Below, piece by piece: positions 27,112 to 36,583 of a stretch of 64,000 nt of DNA. The notes under the pieces are model-generated. The model searched no databases. It was not told the origin of the DNA and was given only the letters and a program-made list of their open reading frames with translations. Source of the stretch: a virus. The translations under genes were made by a program, and so were the position numbers. The stretch covers positions 1-64,000 of the IMG/VR virus record IMGVR_UViG_3300036985_009306; one strand, written 5' to 3'. Numbering within the stretch: position 1 is the first letter of the stretch; every line of letters begins with the position of its first letter.

Positions 27112-27720
27112 TTAATTTTTTTGTATTAAAGGCATTACTTTTTCATCAAGTTCTTTGAAGCAAATTTCTTTATTTTCTATAAAATGTCTTGACACTGGGG
27201 TGACTATTAAGGGCTTTATACCAAGCTTCTCATAAATTGACAATTTCCCGTCCCAATCTATGTCATCTTCTCTTGCTAATCCATCAATTTCAACATACAT
27301 ATCATAATCAGGTAAATAGTAATCTGATGCCCTATATGTAGGTTTTAACCTTGGGTGAGCAATATGTTTAATTTTTCTTTCAGTTAACCATTCATCAAAA
27401 TCCATTTCATTCAATGATTGAAATCTATGACCATCTGAACATTTTCCCTGGTATCCATATTTGTGTCTATTATCATCTAATTGTTTAGGATGACCGCAGT
27501 TATAACAATTAATTGCATTCCAAAATCTATGTTTTGTTGCCTGATATTCTTCTCCACATGTTCTACAAATTTTCATATATTTACCATCTTTAAAACAAGA
27601 TTGCATAAATTCTTTCATTTTTGGTCTACAATCTTTGCAAACAATGTTTCTGTCTTTGGGTTCATCATTGGTTGTGTATTTTTTGCAAATCTGACAATAA
27701 TCTTGTTTCATTCTGTTCAT
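27112..27720 (-). CDS. Zn-ribbon + PD-(D/E)xK (DUF559/Vsr-like) endonuclease, homing-endonuclease-like
   Basis: Several CxxC pairs, then FQSLNE..FDEWL...YRASDYYLP....VEIDG...K..IY. Confidence 0.7.
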   Translation of the reverse strand: MNRMKQDYCQICKKYTTNDEPKDRNIVCKDCRPKMKEFMQSCFKDGKYMKICRTCGEEYQATKHRFWNAINCYNCGHPKQLDDNRHKYGYQGKCSDGHRFQSLNEMDFDEWLTERKIKHIAHPRLKPTYRASDYYLPDYDMYVEIDGLAREDDIDWDGKLSIYEKLGIKPLIVTPVSRHFIENKEICFKELDEKVMPLIQKN

Positions 27721-27725
27721 TTCTT

Positions 27726-28352
27726 TTAACTTTTTGTCTTTTCGTAATTGTTTTTCTTTGCTCTACATTCTTCACAATAAACTATAGTTGCTTTAGGTTT
27801 CGTCGTCATAACTACTTTACCACAGTTTGGTTCTGGGCATTTACGTGGCCAAGAAAATTTTCTATGTTCATTAAAATATTTTTCATATCTTTCTTTTCTT
27901 CTTGCTTGAATACAATCAGGACAGAAAAAAGCTTTATAAGAAATTTCTTTACCTATTTCTTTATACTCTTTGCATCTTCCACAAAGTCTATATGTTTTGT
28001 CAAAATATTCTTCACAATTTATTGCTTCTGTACATTCATCACAAATGAATTTTCTAAAGTTAAAGTTTTCACTTCTTTTAAAAGTACTGTCACATTTTTC
28101 ACAAGTAGTGAAATACTCATTAGATTCATCTGTGCATTTTTGACATATATGTTTTTTTATCTTTTTGTCTGTTAAAAACTCATTACAACAATATTGACAT
28201 AGATCTTTCTTTTTGTTATTGCTTATATCTTCTCGACTAAATTGTTTTTTGTCGACACAGTCATTACAAATTCTTGAATCACTAATAAATAAGTTTGAAT
28301 CTAGACTTCTAGAACAATATTTACAAGTTCTAACATCAATTTTTTTATTCAT
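27726..28352 (-). CDS. multi-CxxC zinc-binding repeat protein
   Basis: About ten CxxC motifs in 208 aa. Confidence 0.75.
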   Translation of the reverse strand: MNKKIDVRTCKYCSRSLDSNLFISDSRICNDCVDKKQFSREDISNNKKKDLCQYCCNEFLTDKKIKKHICQKCTDESNEYFTTCEKCDSTFKRSENFNFRKFICDECTEAINCEEYFDKTYRLCGRCKEYKEIGKEISYKAFFCPDCIQARRKERYEKYFNEHRKFSWPRKCPEPNCGKVVMTTKPKATIVYCEECRAKKNNYEKTKS

Positions 28353-28702
28353 ATTGATCGTAGAACACTTCTGACAAGTTTTAATTTTTTCGACATAAAA
28401 ATAGGATTTCCTTTATTGTTTTTTATTATATCACGAATATATGATTTTGAATATTGATATTGTTTTGTTCTTTCTGAATAACGTACGACATGTCTAAAAT
28501 CTTTATTTTTAGAGCTAATTGGATTTTGATTAAGATCTGCACACTCTGAATGAAACATTTCTATTGAAAACTCATTGTCTGTCCAAAATAAAATTTCTAC
28601 AGAAACCGAATCTGGACCACAATCAATTTTATCTATAAGATAGTTTTCAAGCCGTTTGATTATAGTGTTAATTTTCTTAAACAGATGTGTTTTGATAAAC
28701 AT
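28349..28702 (-). CDS. hypothetical protein
   Basis: 117 aa; SD GAGG on the - strand; ATGA-type overlap with the 27726 gene. Confidence 0.7.
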   Translation of the reverse strand: MFIKTHLFKKINTIIKRLENYLIDKIDCGPDSVSVEILFWTDNEFSIEMFHSECADLNQNPISSKNKDFRHVVRYSERTKQYQYSKSYIRDIIKNNKGNPIFMSKKLKLVRSVLRSI

Positions 28703-28816
28703 ATTATCCTCTTTTAAAAGATAAAATAATTACTGTTAGAAAAGATATCGAAAATATGCTTATTAAATGCCAAGACAAAGTCTATAGTATTGAGAAGTTA
28801 TCTCTTAGATATAGAC

Positions 28817-28837
28817 TTTTCTATACTTTTTATTAAG
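28817..28837 (+). promoter_or_regulatory. recurring motif copy (putative phage promoter)
   Basis: ttttctatactttttattaag, in a divergent intergenic region. Confidence 0.55.
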
Positions 28838-28880
28838 ATGATCATATTAGTCATCATATAAGATAATAGCTAAGCAAATT

Positions 28881-29159
28881 TTGTCAAAAGAGAGTCTTGG
28901 GAAGAAGTTTAAAGAAGCAATTGAAGAGTATACAGGCAAAAAAGTAAAAAGAATTGAATTTATTGAAGATCCAAAAGTTGATGGAACATATGCTATTCGT
29001 TCAGACAAAAAAGAAGAATGGTTAATAGTTCATTATAAACCAATATGGACAGCAGAAGAAGCATCTCATCATCTTGAAGAATCTGAATTTACTAAATGGC
29101 CACCAGTTTCTGGTGAGTTACAATTTTTATGTAAGGAATTTAAATCAAGTGCAATATGA
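28881..29159 (+). CDS. Hypothetical protein; the start may lie ~18-30 nt upstream
   Basis: The frame stays open upstream as YKIIAKQILSKE. Confidence 0.6.
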   Translation: MSKESLGKKFKEAIEEYTGKKVKRIEFIEDPKVDGTYAIRSDKKEEWLIVHYKPIWTAEEASHHLEESEFTKWPPVSGELQFLCKEFKSSAI

Positions 29160-29312
29160 TGCTGCTGACATTGTTTTGCAGATAGAAAAAAGAAAATAAA
29201 ATTATGTGATCTGTTATACTTGCCGTCGCCACCTGTGATAGAGTTTTTATGGTCGGAGATACAACCGAATTAACAGCAGCAGAGCGCCGAGGATTAAACG
29301 ATTATAGAAAGA

Positions 29313-29789
29313 ATGAAAATGAAACCAACGATGCAGACACTGTTTTTTGACAAAGATGGGACTGGAAATTGTTTCGAGGCTTGTCTTGCCTCGATTTTTG
29401 AAATTGATTTAGTTGGCGTTCCAATGTTCCATGACAAAGATTGGTTTCCGCGATTTTACGAATGGTTAGTTTCAAAAGGTTTTGAATATCACGGTACGAT
29501 CAAGCCGTCCAATGTTTCGATGTACAGCAAGGGTGTAGATGGGTATTTTATAGTAGCTGGAGAATCTCCACGCGGAAAACATATTCGCGGCGGACATGCA
29601 GTTGTTTATAAAAACGGAGTGTTAGTGCATGATCCGCACCCTTCTGGTGCAGGAGTTGCAAGTATTAAATATGGTATGGCAATAGAAAAAGATCAAGATG
29701 CGTGCTCCGAAACAGCGGAAACGGGCGAATATCTTACAACAGCAAATGGTGTTAAGTATCATTCAATTAATGAAAATTATCCCAATTGA
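29313..29789 (+). CDS. papain-fold (C39-like) peptidase-domain protein
   Basis: GNCFEACLASI (Cys), GGHAVV (His), VHDP (Asp). Confidence 0.65.
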   Translation: MKMKPTMQTLFFDKDGTGNCFEACLASIFEIDLVGVPMFHDKDWFPRFYEWLVSKGFEYHGTIKPSNVSMYSKGVDGYFIVAGESPRGKHIRGGHAVVYKNGVLVHDPHPSGAGVASIKYGMAIEKDQDACSETAETGEYLTTANGVKYHSINENYPN

Positions 29790-29837
29790 ACATAGAAACT
29801 TCAAGAAAGATATTTCAAGAAAGTTATTAAAAAGATA

Positions 29838-29888
29838 ATGATAGAGAAACTGGCCGAAGAAGTAGAAATGCTTTCTAAAGAAGAATAA
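29838..29888 (+). CDS. 16-aa micro-ORF made only of the leader-like motif
   Basis: MIEKLAEEVEMLSKEE*; TAATG coupling; ends 3 nt before the neck gene. Confidence 0.3.
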   Translation: MIEKLAEEVEMLSKEE

Positions 29889-29891
29889 ATA

Positions 29892-32657
29892 ATGACATAC
29901 GTAAAACCTGTCTATCAAAATAGAGTTCCTCTCCCTAATTCTGTTAATATCAATATTGATTCACATATATTTTTTAGAGTTGCTGATCTTAATGGGTTGA
30001 ATTTGAGCACTTTTAATGTTGTAATTAATAGTGCAAATGTAATTTTGAATGGTGTATTTCAATCAGGATTTACAGGGTCTATTTCTCAAGATGATAATAT
30101 ACCCACAGGTATTAATGTAGAAATAATTCCTAATGTTGCATTTAGTTACAGTCAAATTATCGACATTTCTTCTGCTATCTATAACAAGATTTCGGCTGTT
30201 GCAACTGATTCATATTCTTTCACAACAGAACAAAATCCTGATATAAGTGAGCCCATTGTTGTTGCAACTCCACATGGAGCAACTTATAATTCTCATCAGA
30301 GTGTTTCTCTAAATTCAACAGATGGTGCTGCTGTTATTTATTATACTTTGGATGGTAGTATACCTACCTCTTCATCTCTTGTGTATTCTACACCTATAGC
30401 TATCATTCTAGAAGGAAATACAACTCTTAAATTTATAGCAATAGATCCATCTAATATTACATCAAGAGTGATAACAGAAGTTTATACAATAGATACTATG
30501 GCACCTGTTTCAAGTGCTTTACCAGTAGGAGGAAGTTTTTTTGAATCTCAAAGTATAGTATTGTCTGTCAATGATGCTGAAGCAATGATTTATTATACAA
30601 CAGATGGTTCTATTCCTACATTATCTTCTACTGTTTATACAGTACCTATAGTACTTGTAGATAATCAAGTTACAGTTATTAAGTTTTTTGCAATAGATAA
30701 TGCAGGAAATCAAGAAAATTATCATACAGAGACATATTCTGTTGAGATATCAAAGAATAATTATATACCTTCAAATGTATTTGTGACATGTCCTTTTAAT
30801 AGGAATGAGATGTATATCCGATGGGATGATATGCATGCAATTTATGATACAATTGTTGGCTATAATATTTATAGAGCTGATGTAGAAACAGGACCATATA
30901 CAAAATTAAATGATGATCTTATTGCTGTTACTCAGTATTTGGATAAAACTCTTGATATTGAAGTGGTCAGTGAAGATGTAAGTGATCAATTTAGAAGAAT
31001 TGTAAATATAAGTAGACAAGTCAATGATGATTTTTATGATGGATTTGAGTTTAATAAAACAAAATGGAAAGAACATGATTCTGGGCAACTTTTGTTTCAG
31101 AATCAGGGTGCTTGGTTTAAGGATGCTGTTGGTTTAGAGCAATCATCAAAGTTAGAATCTATTTTTAAGTTAAAGGGAAATTTTGATATCAATGTTTCAT
31201 TTTATTTAGCTGTGTGGAATGTTCTTTCAGGTACTGGGTCTCAATCTTGTCAATTTGTTGTTAAGAAAAATGATCATGATTATGTAGAAATTTCTCGTAG
31301 TATGTCACATGTTTTTGATGTTTATGCAAGTCAACAATACATAAATGGAAATCCAGAACTTCCTTTGACAGTAACTACTTCTGATGTAAAGGGAATATTT
31401 AGAATAACAAGAGTAAATGATATAGTTACAACTTATTATTATGATAGAGGTACAAATGTATTTGTACAATTGGGGGCTTATGATGGTTATGTAGAAGATC
31501 TTTATGTAGAGATAAGAGGAAAGTCAGCTAATAACAATCATGTAGAGATGCAATTTACTGATTTTACTGTTGTTTCAGGTAATCCAATAATAATAGAGCC
31601 TCTAAATCCAAGAAAAGAATATGTCATTTATTTGTCAAAAAGACCTGTAGTGGATAATACAGGTTTAAATAACCCAACAGATGATTCATCAAATGTTTCT
31701 GTAACTATTGATGGAGAACAAGCTTATGTACGACTTTTGCAGGGCATTGAAGGACTAATTCAATTAGAAACAGAGGAAGTCTATGATGAGATAAAAGGTC
31801 AATGGTTTAAGCCTCCAGTACCTAATGAATTTTCTACTGTATTGGTTACATATAAGATACCTAAACAAACAACAAACATACATTTACGGAAGAATTACTT
31901 TTATAAAGTTGCTTGTGTTACACCAGAAGATGAGACAGATATTGATCTTGTAGTTCCTGAGAATCTTAAACCAGAAAAGATGTCTTATATTTATGAAGAG
32001 GCTGTGAGAAGAAATTCATGGTTGTTAGATCAAGCAGGAGAGAGAACACTTCTTTATATTAAGAAGAAAGCCGGAAAAACATGTCATTGTGTCTATAGAG
32101 ATTTAAAAGAAAGAACTCATAGAAGACCTGATCAGGATTGTGAGACATGTTTTGGATCTGGATTTGATGGAGGATTTGATGGGCCTTTTCCAATAAGAAT
32201 TGGGCCTTTGACTACAGAGCAAAGAATACAGCAAACTGATAGAGGTTTGAAGTTGATGTATCAAATTGAAACTTGGATGGGACCAGCACCTGTAGTTTCA
32301 CAGAGGGACATGATTGTTAGAAGAAATGGAGATAGATGTTTAGTTGGTCCCATAACGCCTGTAGAGGGTCCAGGTGGAGTGATGACCCAACAACATTTTG
32401 TAATAGAAATTCTTGATAATACAGATATTAGATATAAATTTGGTGTTCTTCCTCTTCCAGACAAGTATCATTCCATAGGGATTAATAAGAATTCGACTTA
32501 TGTATTAGACGGAAAAGATCTTAATGTTTCAAAGATTGATAGTCCTAAAGAAAGAGAAGAACTTTTTACAAGTGAAGATAAGGTTTCTCATGAGAATGAG
32601 AATGTCGATCATATAGTTAAGGGAAGATCGATATCGTTTGAAAATATAAATTTTTAG
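29892..32657 (+). CDS. Neck/head-closure protein with N-terminal Ig, 2x FN3-associated (CHB_HEX_C-like), FN3 and lectin-like domains
   Basis: IYYTLDGSIPT / IYYTTDGSIPT repeats; YIRWD...GYNIYRA; C-terminal CHC...PDQDCETCFGSGFDGGF Zn motif resembling myovirus neck proteins. Confidence 0.65.
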   Translation: MTYVKPVYQNRVPLPNSVNINIDSHIFFRVADLNGLNLSTFNVVINSANVILNGVFQSGFTGSISQDDNIPTGINVEIIPNVAFSYSQIIDISSAIYNKISAVATDSYSFTTEQNPDISEPIVVATPHGATYNSHQSVSLNSTDGAAVIYYTLDGSIPTSSSLVYSTPIAIILEGNTTLKFIAIDPSNITSRVITEVYTIDTMAPVSSALPVGGSFFESQSIVLSVNDAEAMIYYTTDGSIPTLSSTVYTVPIVLVDNQVTVIKFFAIDNAGNQENYHTETYSVEISKNNYIPSNVFVTCPFNRNEMYIRWDDMHAIYDTIVGYNIYRADVETGPYTKLNDDLIAVTQYLDKTLDIEVVSEDVSDQFRRIVNISRQVNDDFYDGFEFNKTKWKEHDSGQLLFQNQGAWFKDAVGLEQSSKLESIFKLKGNFDINVSFYLAVWNVLSGTGSQSCQFVVKKNDHDYVEISRSMSHVFDVYASQQYINGNPELPLTVTTSDVKGIFRITRVNDIVTTYYYDRGTNVFVQLGAYDGYVEDLYVEIRGKSANNNHVEMQFTDFTVVSGNPIIIEPLNPRKEYVIYLSKRPVVDNTGLNNPTDDSSNVSVTIDGEQAYVRLLQGIEGLIQLETEEVYDEIKGQWFKPPVPNEFSTVLVTYKIPKQTTNIHLRKNYFYKVACVTPEDETDIDLVVPENLKPEKMSYIYEEAVRRNSWLLDQAGERTLLYIKKKAGKTCHCVYRDLKERTHRRPDQDCETCFGSGFDGGFDGPFPIRIGPLTTEQRIQQTDRGLKLMYQIETWMGPAPVVSQRDMIVRRNGDRCLVGPITPVEGPGGVMTQQHFVIEILDNTDIRYKFGVLPLPDKYHSIGINKNSTYVLDGKDLNVSKIDSPKEREELFTSEDKVSHENENVDHIVKGRSISFENINF

Positions 32658-32814
32658 TTATGATTCCTAAAATATTACATCAAATATGGGTTGTGAAAAA
32701 CAGATATCTGATTATTATATAGATATAAACAAACTTGGTTAAATTTGCATCCAGAATGGGAATAGTTAGTTTGAATCAGACATTGATGAATCAATTGTTA
32801 AAAACTTGATGAAG

Positions 32815-32835
32815 TTTTACACAGTTTTTATTAAG
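32815..32835 (+). promoter_or_regulatory. recurring motif copy (putative phage promoter)
   Basis: ttttacacagtttttattaag, 66 nt before ATG 32901. Confidence 0.45.
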
Positions 32836-32900
32836 TGGTAAGATTATAGCGTGTCATCAAGTGTGTCTCAAAGTATAGTAAATTTTATTAAGGAGAAAAA

Positions 32901-33629
32901 ATGCATATACTTTCTCAACCTAAATCACAGTATGTTAGAGATGGAGCTGCTTTGCAGTTGTTCATTAATATTGGAGGGGGTTCTGGTTCTTATACTTATC
33001 AATGGAAAATTAATGCTGTAGATATTCTGAACGCAACAGCAAATGTTTATGTTATAGAAAATTTTTCAATTCAAAATGTAGGAACATATACAGTTGTTGT
33101 GACAGATACTGTAACATCAGATACAGTTACAAGTTCTGCTGCAGTAATGCAATTAGCGCTTCCATTTTCATCAGAACAAAGTAATCTTATTAATTTTGAC
33201 AATCTTTCTGCTTCTAAGAGTAATTCTACAATAACTATACCAATGTCAAGTAGTTTGAATAACGACATGATTGCTCTTACAAATCAAAGAAGAGCAAATT
33301 TGAAAGCAAATGTTGAAAAACCTTTATTGGAAGCTGCAAAACAACCCATAACAGGTCCTGAGAAAATTAATGGAGGTGCATATTTTGATCCTCAGAGTGT
33401 TTTCCCTACATCTACTTTTAAACAAACTTTAAGACCTGTTTTTGCTCATGCTGTAGATTCTGCAAGCAAATTGAGTGATCCATTAGATTTGGCAACACAA
33501 GATAACTATGTTTATAAAGTTGATGAAGTAAATTATCAAAAATGTTATTATACTGATAATACTTGGAGAGATTCTAAGGGAAGAATTAACTTGTTTGAGA
33601 AACCGTATACTCGTATTTCATTGAGGTAA
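32901..33629 (+). CDS. Ig (I-set-like) domain virion protein
   Basis: ILSQPKSQYV...YTYQWK...GTYTVVVTD. Confidence 0.75.
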   Translation: MHILSQPKSQYVRDGAALQLFINIGGGSGSYTYQWKINAVDILNATANVYVIENFSIQNVGTYTVVVTDTVTSDTVTSSAAVMQLALPFSSEQSNLINFDNLSASKSNSTITIPMSSSLNNDMIALTNQRRANLKANVEKPLLEAAKQPITGPEKINGGAYFDPQSVFPTSTFKQTLRPVFAHAVDSASKLSDPLDLATQDNYVYKVDEVNYQKCYYTDNTWRDSKGRINLFEKPYTRISLR

Positions 33630-33630
33630 T

Positions 33631-33975
33631 ATGCAAAATCTTGTTATTGCCCCTACAGCTACATATAAGCGCTCAGGTACTAGATTAACAGTTGATGATA
33701 TTATAAAAGATTCACCTGATGCTGTAAGAATAAATCAAGTATTGAACAAGCCGGGTTTTTATCCAACAATACCTGCTGGTGGTGCTGTAAAAAATAGCAG
33801 AGGGGTTGGCACAAAACAGTATTTTGACATGAGACAAGTTCATAGTTTAAATAATTATAATAGAACTAAGGCTCTTCAGGTATTTGATTTAGATTATTTA
33901 TATGATGTGAGACCAATGTACAATATTTCATTGCCAGACATGAAGTTAAGAAAAAAAGATTTGGGTCAGATTTAA
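33631..33975 (+). CDS. hypothetical protein
   Basis: 114-aa ORF coupled to the upstream gene. Confidence 0.7.
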   Translation: MQNLVIAPTATYKRSGTRLTVDDIIKDSPDAVRINQVLNKPGFYPTIPAGGAVKNSRGVGTKQYFDMRQVHSLNNYNRTKALQVFDLDYLYDVRPMYNISLPDMKLRKKDLGQI

Positions 33976-34091
33976 AATTAAAAGAGATTAAGTTTTTATG
34001 TTCCTCAGATTATTTCTACATGTGTTCTTCTTATACAATTTTTTAGATATATACTTCTTGAATAATATATAAATACAAGAACAAATTATGG

Positions 34092-35150
34092 ATGAATATG
34101 AAAATTACAGTAAGCATTCCATTTTATGCACAAGATAGTGGTGGAATAATGAGACAAACAACTTTAGCCAAAAAGCTTAATAAATTGTGGACTGTAGAAG
34201 TTCCTAAATATTTAACTACAAGTGGTGGTGTCAATCAAATGTATGATGTAGCATGCAATTTGAAAAAGAAATATGATGTTCATTTGAGAATTCAAACTTT
34301 GAACCCAAAGTTAGATTATTCAAAAATAGATTTTGAAGTACCATATAGTGTAGGGCTGACAGATTCTACATTTCCTGAGTCTGACATTGTAATAACTTAT
34401 TCAGACAATCCTTATACAGATATTTTAACCAGTCTTCCTCAGGTAAAAAAAGTTTTGATTTATATGTTAAGTTATGGTATGTGTCTTGAACGAGAAAGGA
34501 AAAATGTTTTAAATCCTAAAGTTACTGTAATGAGCAGCACTATTAGAACTCAGAGATTAATTGAAAAAGAGGGTGTTAAATGTCATTATGTAGGTTTTGG
34601 ATTAGACATGAATTTTTTTTATGAAAATCCATCTATTAAAAGAGAGAGATATGCAGCTCTTTTATATCATTATTCACTTGATAAACAGTATGAGTTGGGA
34701 GTAAAAGTATGTGATAATTTGTACGAGCAAAATTTAATTAATGGAACTATTACTTTTGGAACATCAAAAGAGTATACAAATTTTAAACATCCAAAGTTGT
34801 TAATTAAGAATTATCTTGATGCAACACATGAACAAGTGAGAGAAGTTTTTAACAAATGTAGTGTTTTTGTTATGCCTTCAAGAACTGAAGGATTAAATTT
34901 GACACCAATAGAGTCAACTCTATGTGGTTGTCCAGCTGTTATTTGTGATGGTGCAATAGGTGATGTGTTTCTTGATGGTAAAACATGTCTTATTGCAGAA
35001 AAAGATAATTTTTCAGATATTTTAGAGAAGACAAAAGAATTGTTATCTAATTCGACTTATTCTGTTGTTTTTAAAAATAATATTCAATCTTTATTATCAA
35101 AATTTACTTGGGGAAATACAATTTCTAATATAGAAAGAGTTTTAAAATGA
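34092..35150 (+). CDS. GT4 (GT-B fold) glycosyltransferase
   Basis: SGGVNQ; VFVMPSRTEGLNLTPIESTLCG (EX7E motif). Confidence 0.85.
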   Translation: MNMKITVSIPFYAQDSGGIMRQTTLAKKLNKLWTVEVPKYLTTSGGVNQMYDVACNLKKKYDVHLRIQTLNPKLDYSKIDFEVPYSVGLTDSTFPESDIVITYSDNPYTDILTSLPQVKKVLIYMLSYGMCLERERKNVLNPKVTVMSSTIRTQRLIEKEGVKCHYVGFGLDMNFFYENPSIKRERYAALLYHYSLDKQYELGVKVCDNLYEQNLINGTITFGTSKEYTNFKHPKLLIKNYLDATHEQVREVFNKCSVFVMPSRTEGLNLTPIESTLCGCPAVICDGAIGDVFLDGKTCLIAEKDNFSDILEKTKELLSNSTYSVVFKNNIQSLLSKFTWGNTISNIERVLK

Positions 35151-36568
35151 TAGATTTTATAGATATAGGGTGCGGTACAGGGGGTTCAATAGAGTGGGCT
35201 AAAACTAAATTTGGTGGTTCTACTCATCTTGGTATAGATAATAGAGAGAAAGAAGTTAAGGAAGCTACAAAAAATGGGTATAATGTTACACTTGCTGATA
35301 TTACAAGTGAAGATGTAGTTTTGCCACAATGTCGATATATTACAATGTTGCACGTTCTTGAGCATTTGAAGAATGAGGAAGATGTTGAAAAAGTAATTAA
35401 AAAAGCTGTCAATGCTGCAAGTGAATTTGTTATTATAAGATCGCCTTCTTTTGATTCCATAGAATATCTACAATTATTAGGTTTTAGACTTACTTGGACA
35501 AATTGGATCGGTCATCCAACAGCAGTGACAACAGACATGTTAAAAATGATTACAGATAAATTAGGATTTAAAGCAGAAACAGGACATTTGATGCCTGTAT
35601 TAAATTCTGTTTCAAATGAAATAGTTCCTATTTCTTCTCCAGTAGATACTATTGTTTATGATCCTTCTGTTCTGGAAGCAAAAAAGTTTGTTGAATTTGT
35701 TGATGTCTATAGAGAAGTTTATTATATCATAAATATAGGAACATCATTTTTAAAACAAATTAAAGAATCACTTAATAATTCATCTTCAGAGTATTATTTA
35801 GCTCCAAAAACAACATATTTATCTGCAGAATATTATATTGATTTGATAAAAAACAACATACCATTTTCTTTTGCAAGATATGGTGATGGTGAACTGATAA
35901 TAATGTTTAATTATAAATCAGTCATAGGTAGAGACATAGGAGATATGATAAAGTCTATAGAACCTATGAAACAAATTTTTAGAAATCATTATGATTATTT
36001 TCATTGTAAATTAAATTGTACATTTCATACACATTCATTAAAATGTTTCGGGGTTGATATAGACGAAGTATGCAAGTTTATGATTGAGACTTGTCCAGAT
36101 ATGCCATTTTATGATGGTGAAATTTGGCAAGGGCTTTCTTTTAGTGGAAAAATAGAACAATTAACAAGAGAATTAAATTTATATACACCGGTATTCATAG
36201 GCGGTAAACATTTATCTAACATTCAGTATCTTAATGGAATAACTAATATGGAATTAATTACAGTACATGATAGAAAAGCATGGGATGATTTTGAAAATAT
36301 TAAACAACAGATACGACAAAAGATAGAATCTGGTAGAAGAATGTTTTGTTTTTCTATGGGATATGCAGGAAAAATAATGATCGATGAACTTTATTCAGAA
36401 ACTAGAGGCAAATGTTTTATGATAGATTTTGGAAGTTTATGGGATCCATATTGTGGTGTTCTTTCACGAAATGGAATGAGAAATGTTGGGTTTCAAAAAT
36501 TTCAATCTTTTACTAAATATAAATTACCATTATCTGTTTCACTTGAAGATTATTTTAGTAGAACATAA
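35147..36568 (+). CDS. SAM methyltransferase + GT-D (DUF1792)-like glycosyltransferase fusion
   Basis: IDIGCGTGG...HVLEH; FSFARYGDGE...IDFGSLWD. Confidence 0.75.
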   Translation: MIDFIDIGCGTGGSIEWAKTKFGGSTHLGIDNREKEVKEATKNGYNVTLADITSEDVVLPQCRYITMLHVLEHLKNEEDVEKVIKKAVNAASEFVIIRSPSFDSIEYLQLLGFRLTWTNWIGHPTAVTTDMLKMITDKLGFKAETGHLMPVLNSVSNEIVPISSPVDTIVYDPSVLEAKKFVEFVDVYREVYYIINIGTSFLKQIKESLNNSSSEYYLAPKTTYLSAEYYIDLIKNNIPFSFARYGDGELIIMFNYKSVIGRDIGDMIKSIEPMKQIFRNHYDYFHCKLNCTFHTHSLKCFGVDIDEVCKFMIETCPDMPFYDGEIWQGLSFSGKIEQLTRELNLYTPVFIGGKHLSNIQYLNGITNMELITVHDRKAWDDFENIKQQIRQKIESGRRMFCFSMGYAGKIMIDELYSETRGKCFMIDFGSLWDPYCGVLSRNGMRNVGFQKFQSFTKYKLPLSVSLEDYFSRT

Positions 36569-36583
36569 AAGGAAAAAAAGTAA

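Noticed and set aside
34068-34075. T4-type late promoter TATAAATA before the GT4 gene
   Set aside because: An all-A/T 8-mer is expected many times by chance in DNA this AT-rich, and it is not consistently placed before other late genes.
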